Shown here one piece after another: positions 12,933 through 26,600 of a stretch of 64,000 nucleotides of DNA (within the stretch, counting starts at the first letter, position 1; each line of letters opens with the position of its first letter). Location: the NCBI GenBank assembly GCA_964035545.1, contig OZ037765.1:25667504-25731503 (forward strand), read 5' to 3'. Source of the DNA: Bugula neritina. Its lineage: Eukaryota; Animalia; Bryozoa. Under the pieces are notes generated by a model. It was not told where the DNA came from and made no database searches. It was given only the letters and a program-made list of their open reading frames with translations. The position numbers were made by a program, and so were the translations under genes.

Positions 12933-13411
12933 GCTTCAAGTCGACTATTTAATATACTATGATAATATAAATATACTATGAGTATGGCTGTATTAGTATT
13001 ACTATTATACTAACTATTAGTATTAGTATTACTATTAGTATTACTTTAGTATGCGACTATGTCAGTGTAAGACTAAGTGTCGCTGTCTTGTCTCAGACTC
13101 ATGTTGATGTCTCACTTCAAGTTCATGTCTGTTATACTTATCACTTTTGAGTTTTGACTCCGATACTCAGACTCTGAGTATCGGAGTCAAAACTCAAAAG
13201 TGATAAGTATAACAGACATGAACTTGAAGTGAGACATCAACATGAGTCTGAGACAAGACAGCGACACTTAGTCTTACACTGACATAGTCGCATACTAAAG
13301 TAATACTAATAGTAATACTAATACTAATAGTTAGTATAATAGTAATACTAATACAGCCATACTCATAGTATATTTATATTATCATAGTATATTAAATAGT
13401 CGACTTGAAGC
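12933..13411. repeat. 479-bp palindrome (two perfect 239-bp arms, 1-nt spacer at 13172)
   Basis: 12933-13171 is the reverse complement of 13173-13411 with no mismatch found on read-through; centre ...GATACTCAGA C TCTGAGTATC... Confidence 0.97.
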
Positions 13412-14626
13412 TGAAAATTCAACTGAACATGAAATCTAAACTGTTACGGTTATACGTTAGTATATTGCTAAGTTCTACTTAGATCAGTTCCGGTTCGAGT
13501 CATTTGTCTTTGAAAATATCAAATTTAAATTTTAAGCGTAACGTAAACGAGTACTTTGATTACTACTACTACTACTAGCAGTACTAGCCTACCAGGTTTT
13601 GTATCAACATGAAATAAGAACGATGTCACTGGGGTTCTTTTCAAAATATTTCTGGTGAATTGAAATGTTAACATTTATTAAAGTTTAACAAAAAAAATTA
13701 ATGTTGATTGTCCTGGAGCAAGGAAGCTTGCACGTGGTCAGGCAAAGATAACTTAGAAACGGATAAAATCACAGCGATTCAAGTAAAAATTGTTAAGAGC
13801 ACGCAACTTTTAATCTTGTAAATCCTAACATCACGATAACAAATCCTAATATTTTTTGGTACAAAATTCACAATCTAATGACTAAACTTTAGAAGCATGA
13901 CCAAAGGGCATAAAGAGCAAATATAAAAAAATAGCTTTTTTAGACTTTGATTGAGCAAGAGTAAAGCAACATGCAATTATTAAGCTTAATATGTGTCTAC
14001 CAGCATTTGTATAAGGCGGTCATTAGAAATTTTGTTGCTATTGTAAGACTGTGATATTAAATTTGATTATTCACAGAATGTCATTGAAATTTTTGCTGAA
14101 ATTTAATAAAGAGCACAACTTAAGTTGGTTTATTTTCACAAAATAAGCCTGTACAAAAAGGTTCCAATAATGAGATTCAAAACTATAGACAAAATGTTGA
14201 CAGTGAACACATAGAGCTAAATTGATGAACAAAAAAGCTCCTTATTTACAAGTATAATATAAATGTATGCTAAAGTAAGTTATAATATACTGATATGCAA
14301 CTTAACAGTATAGTATATCAATAATACAAAGTAGTTATATTTATACTAGCATTGGCAAGTGATATCATATTTGCTAGCATAATGGAATGCTTGTAAAACA
14401 GTTTCTGTAAAAGAGGAGGTAAAAAGATCTAAGTGCATAGAAGAGTAAAAACATTCATCATATGTTTTCATATTAGCAATAATAAAAATATAGCATGCAA
14501 ACTTCTATTCACAAACAAGTTCTACACAAAGAGAAGTTAATATCAATTGATTGTCATTAATAACTAACACTTCATGAATATAATAATCTAATAGAATGGC
14601 CAGGATACTTCTAATACTCGACACAT

Positions 14627-17600
14627 CTACAGGTCGTCTTCCCCGGCATACATGTCGGCCAACCGAGAGAATTTTGGTCCCCAGTCATTGAGGTAATCAA
14701 AGTCTTGATCACCGCCAGAACTGCTGCTATGCAGCGAGCTAAGGGTGCCTGCATCACTGCCCATCCCCTCATAGTCATAATCCTTGAGCTCATCTCCTGG
14801 ACAGTTGGTCGGGTCATCATCAGCATCGTTCAGTCGTCCATTGATGAAGTTACCCACATCCGGCTGATCATTATATTCTTCTACAAAGCAACCACAATAA
14901 AACATATACTCACGCAAGTTTATAGTCACTATCCCTGTGAGAAACCCCCTGGCGGAAAGGGTTTTTGTTAGAGCGGGCTAAGGACTTATTTAAATGAGGC
15001 ACAGGAGCAATTATGACTGGATGCTCTTCCTAGCATCACCAATGGCCTTTGTCCGGGCTCGAACTCATGACCTCGTGTTTACTAGACAAACGCTCTAACC
15101 CTTAGACCACGGCTGCTCCACAATAAAACATATGGTAGCTATGAATTCTGTAGTCTAGAGAATTAGATACACTTTATGAACATAGACATAAGAACTAAAG
15201 CAGAAGATGAATGCCAAATTAAAATAAGATATGCCCAGAACAAAAACTGTAGCTGTGTGACACGTTGTGATACATACGAGGTGATTTCTGAAGAGGCACA
15301 TCTGTGAAGGGCTGTATGTTAGGGTAGAGAGGTTTGCTAAGTCTGGAGATATCGTATCCGTGCTGGTCCTCCTCGGGCATTCCCTCCTCGTCATAGTTGT
15401 ATATTGTTTCCTTGATGTCATTGTACGGATCTATTAGAGTCTCACTTTTCTGGATGCTGCTCCTTCGAGTAACATAGCAGAATATTCCCAGAGCCAACAC
15501 TGGAACAAGATAAACCTTCTAGCTAACCAACACAAGTACAAGTAGACTGTTGTAAATTGGAAACTAGTAACATGTAATACAATGTCAGTGACTGCACGAC
15601 ATGACCTAGTATCAGTGACAAAGAGAGAGTTGGTTACTTACACAGGACCAGAAGTATTGCCATTATGAGTGCAATTATTCCGTTGGAAGCCACGAGCAGC
15701 TTAGAAGCACTAGGGGCAAGGTTACACAGTTGTCCAGTATACAGTTTCTTAGTGTCTTCGTGTATATCACAGTCACAGGTGAAGGACCCTATGTGGAAAT
15801 TATAGCAAATATTGCAACACTACTCGGAATTCCACAGGCTTTAGAAATATACAGCTTTTAGTGGTAGCTATTAATTCTATTTGTCAATGATCATATTAAT
15901 GTTTCAAACATGTGCCTAATATGGCAGTGCCTGCTGGTATGTTGACAGAATATGAAAATGCAACTCTAAGAATGACATGCTATTAGACAATGGAAGACAT
16001 TTAAAAGTTTATAAAATGTAGCAGCACACAACTGTATGAATTAACAAACACAATTGTATGTGTAGGAGTCGTAGGCTAAACCATAAGCAAGTGAAAAAAA
16101 ACATATTTTTATTAACTTTTAAGAAAAATAATGATATAGGCGAGAAGCTGGCTCAATATACATCTGCTGTGCCAAACACATGAGAACATAACTACAAAAT
16201 GTCTCAAGAATGGCGAGTGTAATAGAGAACTTAAAGAGCTGGAACTATTAACAATTATTGCTGCAAGCAGATTGCCTGAGTTACTGTGATACTCAGTAAT
16301 GCACAACACTGAATTTCCTGTCAAATATAACACACACCTTTGGTGTTGATGCACTTCCCATGAAAACAAGGGTTGTTGGGGAAACATTCATTAATATCTT
16401 CGCAATATGGAGCAGTGTACAACGTAATGTATCCTCCAGGACACCTATGCATACCAAATATATAGATATAGATGCTGTATACAATTACTAGCCAGAGATA
16501 CAGAAAATTCGGGTAGGGAATTGCAAACAGCACACAGTATTAGTACAGCCTTTAACAACATAAGACTAAACTTGGACTGTTTTGGTAAGCTTACTTGTAC
16601 CAATAGACCAATAATATGCAAAGGAAAAATACATCAATACTCCAAGTCCCCAGTTTAACAATTTACAGTTTGAAAACATTTTCTTCAACTATAAACCTGT
16701 TTAGAAGTTGAGTCATATAGGCCATTTTTTTAATAAAATTAAATGATTAATTTAGTAACCAGTAAAACACTACCAGTCAATCAGTGTACCTGCAGTCAAA
16801 GTCCCTCCATATGTCAACACACTGCTGTATACCAGGACAGTTAACGTCAGCACATCCATCACTTGAACAGCCGGCAGCTACATTCTGTCTGCGCAGCAGA
16901 CGTATGTCAGCTGACTGAGAATTCTCAGACTCCGTAGATGGGAGCCACTTGTTATTATAACGAATATCTGTTACACAGGCTAAAAGTGAAAAGGAAGGAA
17001 TTAGACCTTTGAGTGCAACATTTCCAGGATAAATAATAATATTAATATTATTATATAGCAAACACCCACTCATTTAGAAGTTAGAGTCAACAGTATATCA
17101 ACCCTTCTTAGCATTGGATTAGCAAGGTTTACATCCTACAAGTCTTGTAGCAGTAGTTTTTACCATTATTTTGATATGGAGATGGGATCTTATTTATACT
17201 ATATATAGTATATATACTGACTACTGAGTGAGTAGTCAGACTTTAGAGTATATATACTCACTGTTATCAAGGTCACTGCTAGCTGATATGTTTGATGCCA
17301 GAATATCAGCTCCAGAAACAAATCTGCCATCTGTTGCAAAGAGCTGGTGTGAATACACATCTACAAGTTCAAAACATAAGCAGATTATAGAATAGTAATT
17401 TTAGGTTTAAATGATGTAATTTTAAAACCTATGGTTAGATACAGCAAGATAGATATTTGCTCCCACGATTGTCGAAAACAGACTTTTATGGTCCCCTTTA
17501 GCTCACACAGTCACACTAGTACCATGTGACCAGCAAGCAGTGAACCAAAAGTCTAACAGCTATTCGCCCGTTTTACCTTGCTTCTCAGCAATAAACTTGC

Positions 17601-20600
17601 ACTTGTTCTATGTATTAGTTTGTTCAAAGGTAACTATGAAAAAATGTCATCTCCTCACTTCAATTACAAGAAGGTAGATGGATGTCATTAGCCTTTTTGG
17701 GCACTCAATACTAAGTATCTTCGTATCTTAAACTTTGAGTGACCAATTTCCTAGTTGATCTCTTTGTGTATTTTACTATGAATTAGTAACACAGATAATA
17801 TTTGAATTACTAGGAGCCATTTAATACCTTCACCTAGTATACAAGCCATCACATATATTTTATTGCCTTTTTATAAATCCATCTTATTTTATGACTTTTT
17901 GTGTATATGCCACAAATGTAAAATACATTGAGCCAAAAATTTTGCCCACTTGAATCACAAATTTAAGAAACAACTGTATGCCTCTCACTTGTACCCTGAC
18001 TGGATCTGTATTTAAAAGCTGCAAATTTTATGCTATGAAAGTGGCATCAACCCCCAACCTCAATCTAGCTAACGAATTGCATTTCGAAGGTTACAATTCT
18101 AGACATCAGATAGCAAAGGCTCTTCAGGCCAACTACTGACTGCACCTAAACCTGTGTTGGCAGCATGGTTTGATAACTTTTCTGGGCAGCGCCAACAGCA
18201 TGGCTGCAGAAGGTTCAACATGTTAGATCATCACCCCATCTAGATACTGTAAACAGGGTCATACCTTCATGTTGAGCAAAATATCTGCCTTCCCCGCCAT
18301 CTAGTTGCAAAGTGAACCTCTTCCCGTATCTAGTGAGAGTTACGTGATGTAGATCACCGTCAGTAACAGTAACTGGCAAAGTCGCTATTTGCTCAGCATT
18401 AGCTGGGTCAATGACATCACTTCCTATGTTATACCGTAACTGCAGTTGACCAGCTACAATCTAAAACATACACATTGTGCGTGAATACAGTAACTCGCAT
18501 GGTTCCAACAAGTAGGCCAATAATTCTAACAGTGAGCATACAAATGTGACAGTGTGAGTCATACGAACAACTTAGGAAGTATCTACTGAGAGCTAGGCAT
18601 CTGTATAAAAATAGAACTTTGATTACACAATTAGCACAATTTCTCGTTGCATACTACCATCTTAAGCTTACCATAGCTATACAATTTATATGTACCTGAA
18701 GAACTGTATTTACTACTTTACCTGTACACACATAAAGTTACATGTAAGATAATTACCAGCAACTTGATATATTCGCCATCAACATTTCCCTGAACATACA
18801 AGAGTAGGCCATTGTTATCAGTATCTCGAGAACGAAATGACAGCCGGATATCAGTCTCAAAGTTTTCCTTTAGACATTCTGTGGCACTTTGACAAAACGA
18901 CTCCATTTTCCACTCCACGTAGCTGTTGGGTGAGAAATCCATGTACCCAGTTTCTGTAAATAATGTACACACATGCAATGAAGCTGAAATATTCCACAAA
19001 GAATCACTAAAGTTTATTGAACCGTACAGTTCATTTTACACACATCTTTATGCAGGGTAGGTTTAATGAACCTCAAGCTTAATAATAATACAAAAGAGGT
19101 GGCAGAGAACAGTAGAGAATAAGTGAATGCATAAAAATATATATAAAGTTTTAAACATTTATCAGACAAAACCCTAAAAGCAAAACAATATTAAACTTTA
19201 CTTCATTAAATTGAAAACTTGACCATGGCACTTTAGCGCAGGTTACAACAAGCGTAATGTATTTCGTAACTAGTTCCGTTGTTTTTAACCCAACAGATCC
19301 GAAATCATTTTAAACAACAACATATCTTGAAATGAACATGTCAACATCAAATAAAGTTAAAACAAACCAATAAAAACTCACCAATAAGACAACCGTCTCC
19401 CCTCCAACCAGGCTTACACTCACACGTGTATTTACCATCCAGTCGGCCTGTGCAGACACCATTTGCTCCACAGACAGGCATCCCATTACTGTCTGTACAG
19501 GCTCTATCTTCACTTGGACAGCTGTCTTCAGAGTTGGAGTGTCTTCCCACAGCACCAATGTACAGATCATACAGCTGCAATAAACGCAATGCGTAAGGCT
19601 CCTAACTCCTATTATAAAATTATCGTGCAGGGTGATAACTCCTTGAGTTACTTGAGCTCTTAGCTCGAGTTAACATATCTTTCAAATATGCTTTAGTAGA
19701 AACATAAGTTTCTTCTATTGTGAAGGTGTGGACCATGGAACTCTGTTCTATGCTGACAAGGGGACAAACCCTGCTGTATGCAAGTTGGGGTGTATGAATA
19801 TAATGGGTGTATCATAACTAAAAGTCACTTCAACAAAAAATGAATAAAATTGATGAAAATGTTGATATTTACTTCTCCATTATGCTTGAGTTTCTTTACG
19901 CAGCCATTAAAGGATGAGCGACTAGAAACTTGTATTTCATTAGGCCACCATGTAGTAGCAGAGTTCTGTCGGCCACCCAGCTCTAGCAAAGTAGCCACAT
20001 TGAGAAACTGGTTCTCTCCAGGAGTTGGCTGAGTATCCTGACAGAAGTTCCTGCTGTCGCCAACTTGACTCGTGTCAGGATCCAGTGAATACGGATCTCT
20101 GCAGTCGTCCACAGTCAGTGTCACTACCTAACAAACACAACGAGTCAGTAGAGTGGGCAGACCAGAAACTATGGGGGAAACCTTTTTGAAAGTTTAAAAC
20201 AAAATTTACTGAATCAAGAAATTTGAAACTCTATTGGTCATGCCTATTTTGTTACATTCACTGAGCCAACAAAACAAGATTAAGAAAAACATACAAAATA
20301 TTTTCTAGTTACAGGAACAGTTGTGCAAAATACATACCCTGTCTATCTTGGCTACTTCCAGTTTGTGCCATTTGCCATCATTTATGACCTTGTTAGCTGT
20401 TAGTATCACATGGCCAGTTCCATAATCAACATACACTACAGGTTTACCGTTTGATAATGTGATGGCGAGGTAGTCAGTCACAGCATCTGCACCAGACCCT
20501 GGATAACATTGATTACTAGGAACATGAGATTAACAGTATTTACAGCAGGAAAGAAAAGTAAGTTTCAGTTATAGTATAGAAAAAAATCTTTCACACAGCT

Positions 20601-23600
20601 CACAGAGGGTGAACAAAGAATTCATAAATTATTTTGGAGAAAATTTGCTGCAAATAGACAAGCTAAGACAGTATATAAATAAACGTAAAAAATTGCAAAA
20701 AAATAAGTGTATACACGACTGTACCAGCTGAGTGGCAGTACATTAACTTTAACTGAACTAGCATACCAGGATCAGTGTTGGGGCCGTTATACAAAATTAG
20801 GCCATTTGATTTCGCCGTCATGACTTCAATAGAGGTTGTGCCATTACCGCACTGAGACAGAGTCTTGTACTGAGCCCAGCCATTGCCGTTAAAACTGTGT
20901 CGCAGTTGTTGGCATCTCGGCCCATCAAATGATTTCGGACATTCACAACTAAAATTAACCTCAACAGGGTTGCTACTCAGCACTCAAAAAATTCAACATT
21001 GGCTCTAATATGAGATATAGTATAACAAAACAATACAGAAAATCACAACTGATAAATGTGCCAGAAATATAAGGTTTTTCTTAGAAGAGGGCTGTCCAAA
21101 AGACAGCCCCAGGGCTGGATGTGACCCCCAGTCTACATTTATGTGGTCCTCAAAGGCATAATACTAAAATAATTTTTCACACATATATGAATTGGAGTAA
21201 AAAAAAACTTTTTAAATGCCTCATTTATACACATGCTACAAAACATATAGCCTGCAGTAACTATTAGGACTTTATTGTGTAATGATTCGTAAGAATTTGG
21301 AATAAAGTAATTTGAAAAATACTAATGCTGTGGCCCTCAGCTCAAGCTAAAGATTACAATGTGGCCCTCGCCACCGGAATATTCCCATTCAGTGGCCCTT
21401 GCTCTGAAAAAGTTGGACACCCACTTTCCATATATTTATATTAGATAAGAAAGAGATGCAACCTACCTAGTAGTGCGACTATGCTTGTTGTAGATGCACA
21501 CACCACCATTAAGGCAGCTGTCAGGTGTACAGTACTGGTCTTCAGATCCATCGTCAGTGCTACAGGTACAGTTGGCTTCCACCACTACAGTCACGCCAAC
21601 CAGCGAACTGCCATTGGCATTAACAAGGGTTGGAGTGTCCAATATTACAAGAGTATTGGTGCAGCCACTGTCACACACCTCTTGTAGACATTCATTGATG
21701 GGAACCTGGGCTATGGGCATACCGAGAGCCTTGCCAAGCTATACAACATAACAGAAAGCAATCAATGAATATCATTTATATATTTTCAATAAAATACTAA
21801 ACTATAAATGACTACAAAACTAAAAACAGAAGAAATATAATAATGTAAAATGCATAAGTCCACATATAATCAGCACAGCAGTTTATACTTTTATCTATTT
21901 TTGTTTCAATTGCTTTGACAGGGTAACGATCTTTTACAAATGGTTCAAAAATACTGTAGTGGTTATTCATTCGGAGCCAAAAAGCTTAAACCTTACCTCT
22001 GGATCATCTAGCACAGCACCTATTAGCTTAGATGTGTTATAATAAGGGCTTCCATGAGCTGAATATCTGATATCAACATATCCAGGAGTATTGGAGTCCA
22101 GAACAGAGAACACATCAACAGAGTCAGTGTTAGTGCCCAACGAATTTGCCATTCGAGTTATGAAAGTGTCATATGGACTTTGACCAGTTGAATCTGGTTC
22201 TAAAAACTCCAAAGCTGTGCCTAAAATGATTGATTGTTTCAAATGCACAACTTTTTTGCAGTTGGTAACAAAATATTATATTTATGATTGAACTAAAAAC
22301 AATCATTTAAATCCATCTAAAATTTTAATTTCCCAGTTCATTAAAAATATTTCACTAAATAAGTGTAAGCATTCCACACCTTTAATTCTTATAGAAGCAC
22401 CATTCCAAACTGGAGCTTCTTCTATTGTCTTGATTGTAGCTCTAACAGTAGATATAGCTTCAGCTTTTACTCTACACTTGTCTTTGCAGAGTTCCACCTG
22501 TGCAGCAGTGCCACCTTCTACATTACAGTTGAACGCACAAGTAGTATCCTTGATGTAGTTATCAATAACCTTACATCTGAATTCATATACACCAGAGGGC
22601 AGTTCTCTCATATCTACTGTTATCATTCCCGAGTCGGAATCAATGCTACAACAGATTAGTATTATGAATTAATTACTATAAAAAATAAAAAAGATAAAAA
22701 ATGTTGCATACAGCCTCAGAGTATAAAGGATTTTCAATGATTCCAATAAGCTACATACATTGTATGTCCAAGTATTCCAATATAGAAAACATCTAATGAT
22801 GCTATCACACAAAAAAGTAGTAAGTCATCTAAAACCCAACTCTCTGGGTCACCCAAGACTGTGGTAGTTCTTAGCCAGTAGCTCAGATGGAATGAATAAG
22901 GTTTCTAACTCACCTAAAACCAGAGTTCCATTCACCAACTTTCTCGTACGTCTTGTAAGGTTTATCCCAGTCATCGGGATCCTCAGCATAGCAGTCACCA
23001 ATATCCACTATCTGGTATTCACCTGCAAGGAATTCAACTAGTAGTACATCGCGTCAATACTACACGCAATGTAGTCTGAGAATTCCACACTCGCAGGTAT
23101 AATAAACAGCAGACTAGCAATATTGTATACTGAAGCTGCAACACAAGCAATACCAAGAAGCTACATCAAAATGCTTTTCCCATCATCTCTTTATATCTTC
23201 ACAAACTATTTTTCCTGATTTTTGCCTTACTTGACCCATATTGGCTTAAAATTACAATTGATATAATTGATCGATTTTCAAATAAATTTACTAGAAATAA
23301 TGAAATAAGCATTTTTACTGCAAACAAAATTTTGCAAATGATCTAGCAAATTAAACGCACACACTCTGCTGAGATTATTGCATAAAACCAATTACTTACT
23401 TCCCCATGCTATAGAAAAGGATACAAAACGAAGTATGAGACACAAATATTACAGAACAGTGAGAGACATTATGCTTGAATTCATCAAAGAGGATAAAGAT
23501 CAAATCATGCAATGCAGTTTCTTTTCAATGATAATAAAATGGGATAAGAGTCACTCCAATAAGTTTCAGTTATGAAACCATCAACACAATATTCAACTTG

Positions 23601-26600
23601 AGATGCATTGCAAGCTAGGTGCTCTTACCGCGTGTCTTATTTTAGATACTAGGAGATAAAAACACTAAAACTTTAAATAATTAAAACAACTGAGATGCAT
23701 TTAGTCGAGTAGTAGTTGAGCTGTTAACATTTGTCAAGTAAATATGCAAGTAGACAGGAATTGCTTCCCCTTGCGCAGGTCATACCTTTGTAGTTATAGA
23801 CGAGAGCATCTCGATGACCAGGGGATGGCGGGTTGTCATCCTCGTCAGCCACCACAACTGTAAGCTGCCGAGTGTCACTCTTGTTCTGTTTATCAAACAA
23901 CTGCAGATAGAAGCCTATTTCAGCACCTTGTGAGGCCTCTCTATCCAACACCGTCTTAGTCAGCACCTCACCAGCCCCATTAGCCACGAGCAGACCCGCA
24001 GGAACGTCCCATTCTATATAATCCCAACACATGTACTATACCATAGAATATACTACACTATTCTATAGAATATACTATACCATTATATAGAATATACTAT
24101 AATACTCAATAGAATATACTATACTATTCTATAGAATATACTACACTATTCTATAGAATAAAAAATAAAACCTCATAAGAAGCAAAATCTAGCTGATAAA
24201 AAGTTGCCATAATTTTGCGGCAATCAAAATTTCGGGCTAGGTGTGTTGATGCCCACCTATTTAAATGAATTCTGGTATGCTGGTTATGTACAATATAGAA
24301 ATGAATAATAAAATGCACAATATTTCACACAATCACAGTTTTGTGAGGGCATAAATTGAATACTTCTTGACACAACATTCTTTTGGAATATGATATTTAC
24401 ATACATGACAAAATTCACTGGAAGCTAAAGACATCCTTGTTTTCTAATGGCAAAAAAATGATTGGGGAGGCAACTTGTAAACCTCAAACCCAGATATATG
24501 TGTATGTTACACAGCAGAATAAATGTTTTAGCTACAACACCAAACATGTCGCCACCAGATGCCCACCTTCATGAAAGATAAACTCAAGAAAGGGGTTGGC
24601 TTGGGATCCATTAGTTGGGACCATTCTGAAAGGCGGCCCATGTCCTATTTTGTTGTCATCATCATCAATAGCAAGAATTTCTCGCGGTATCGTGTGAGAC
24701 CCAATCGGCATGTTCTCTTCAATATGGACTACTGGGTCCACCAGTCTTGGCCCGTTGTCATTAACATCATCAAGTACAACAATGAGCGTGCTGGTCCCAG
24801 TGCGTCTATGGGGAAACCCTGCACAAAGATTAGACAACATTTTGATTAAAAATTAAACCATTGAAACCAAATTAGAAGTAATGCTCATCATCTGTGTAAC
24901 AAAAACTTGTCTTATAATGAAAATAATATATTACTGTGGATAAAAAGTAATTGTATGAAATAGCTCGGTAATATAACAGTACGATTTTTTCAATATGTTA
25001 AATGTACCAATGGTAACAAATTACCATTATCAACAGCTAGAACTTTCACAGTGTGGGTCTCCAAAAGCTCCCTGTCTAACAACTTCTGTGTTTTCACTTC
25101 TCCACTCTTGACATCAATTTTAAAATATCGATCAAAATCTGAATTGAGAGTGCGGCTGATGTAGTATCTACAACATTGCAAGTGATTAAATTCATTCTCC
25201 ATTTGAAATCTATCAAGAAATAACACTATTACGGAGAATACAAATATTGAAAAGAATTGCCATCACTGTTCCAGAACTGCTATTCCATTACTAATCCACA
25301 ATATCTCTATGAATACACCATTTATTTACAGTAATTGAAGATTGAAAGACTTTCTTATATGAATAACATTTCTAAAACAATGTGACGCAAATATGATGTA
25401 AATTTTAATATATCATCACCACCTTTAAAATTGCATTTCTTTCATTTTATTTTATCTTGATAACAAATAATTAGTAATTTTAAAAAGATTGTATTTTTAA
25501 GAACTTCAACAAATTCAATTTAAAATGAACCATACGAAAGATTGAATATCACCAGTATTGAAATTTTACTAGATAACTCACTCTATTTCACTGTTCCTTG
25601 GCGTACTAGATGCGTCTCGGTCTGTAGCAATAAATGTGTGCACTGGAGTATCTATAGGTACACTTTCAAGAAGATTAACAGATACTGTGTTTGGGTCGAA
25701 GGTAGGCGTCTCATCATTCTCATCCACAACTAAAACAGACAACAATTATGTCTGCCTGTGTCTGTTACGCATATCTGCATATATCCAAGTGTACACAATG
25801 TTAGAACACAGGTCCCGTTTGAATATTGAAGTGGAATAAATTGTTGCACAGAAAAAACGCTTATGAGTCACATTCTCTTTAACAAACTTGCATCTCATAG
25901 TACTTATTCAAAACTAACTTAAACAAGTTTCCAATGGTGTAAATATATGACCCTTAAATATCTATTGAAAACCTTCAAAAGCGGCATATTGAAAAAAAAA
26001 ACAGTTAAACTTTAATGAAGAGCTTGAGAGAAACATTTGTGAAACAGATACAAGCTTACAAATGAGCGCATGCTTTGCAGTTGATGAAAACCTAATTATA
26101 CGTATTACGGATAGAAATAGAAAGTTGACACAATTTTTTTTTCAAATTTTATTTTGTTGTGTCAATTTTTATGCTTTAAAATTCAATACATTTTAGACAA
26201 ATATATCTTGATCAGGTGTAATAAACTGCAATGTGAATACTGAATATATAATAGGGGTATGGGTAGTCTTGTGCAGTAGTTGCAAAGTACTTACCAGTAA
26301 TTTTGACATTAGCTGTATCTTCATATATCCCATCCTTTACAGTTACTTCAATATTAATTACAGGAGGAATTCCCTTCTCATGAAAGTGTTCAAAATCTAG
26401 TCTCTGAAAAGAATCCAAATTTATAAATAAAAATCAAACGTTTACCAAAAATTACCAATATTACAATTTAGGAAAAGTATTGCGGAATTTACAAATATTC
26501 ATTTCAATAACAAATAGTACATGCTACGAGTCCTAGAACAATCAATTTATGTGCCCTTTTATAGCTCCTCTAGAATATAAGACTATAATAAAAAGGTAAA

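Noticed and set aside
15040-15119. Functional tRNA-Thr gene (also at 31928-32000)
   Set aside because: Acceptor and anticodon stems pair poorly, and the sequence continues into a shared SINE core and tail with a TSD.
23415-23426. U12-type 5' splice site (GTATCCTT on - strand; similar motifs on + at ~27664 and ~56427)
   Set aside because: Not at an exon boundary, or on the wrong strand for the host gene.
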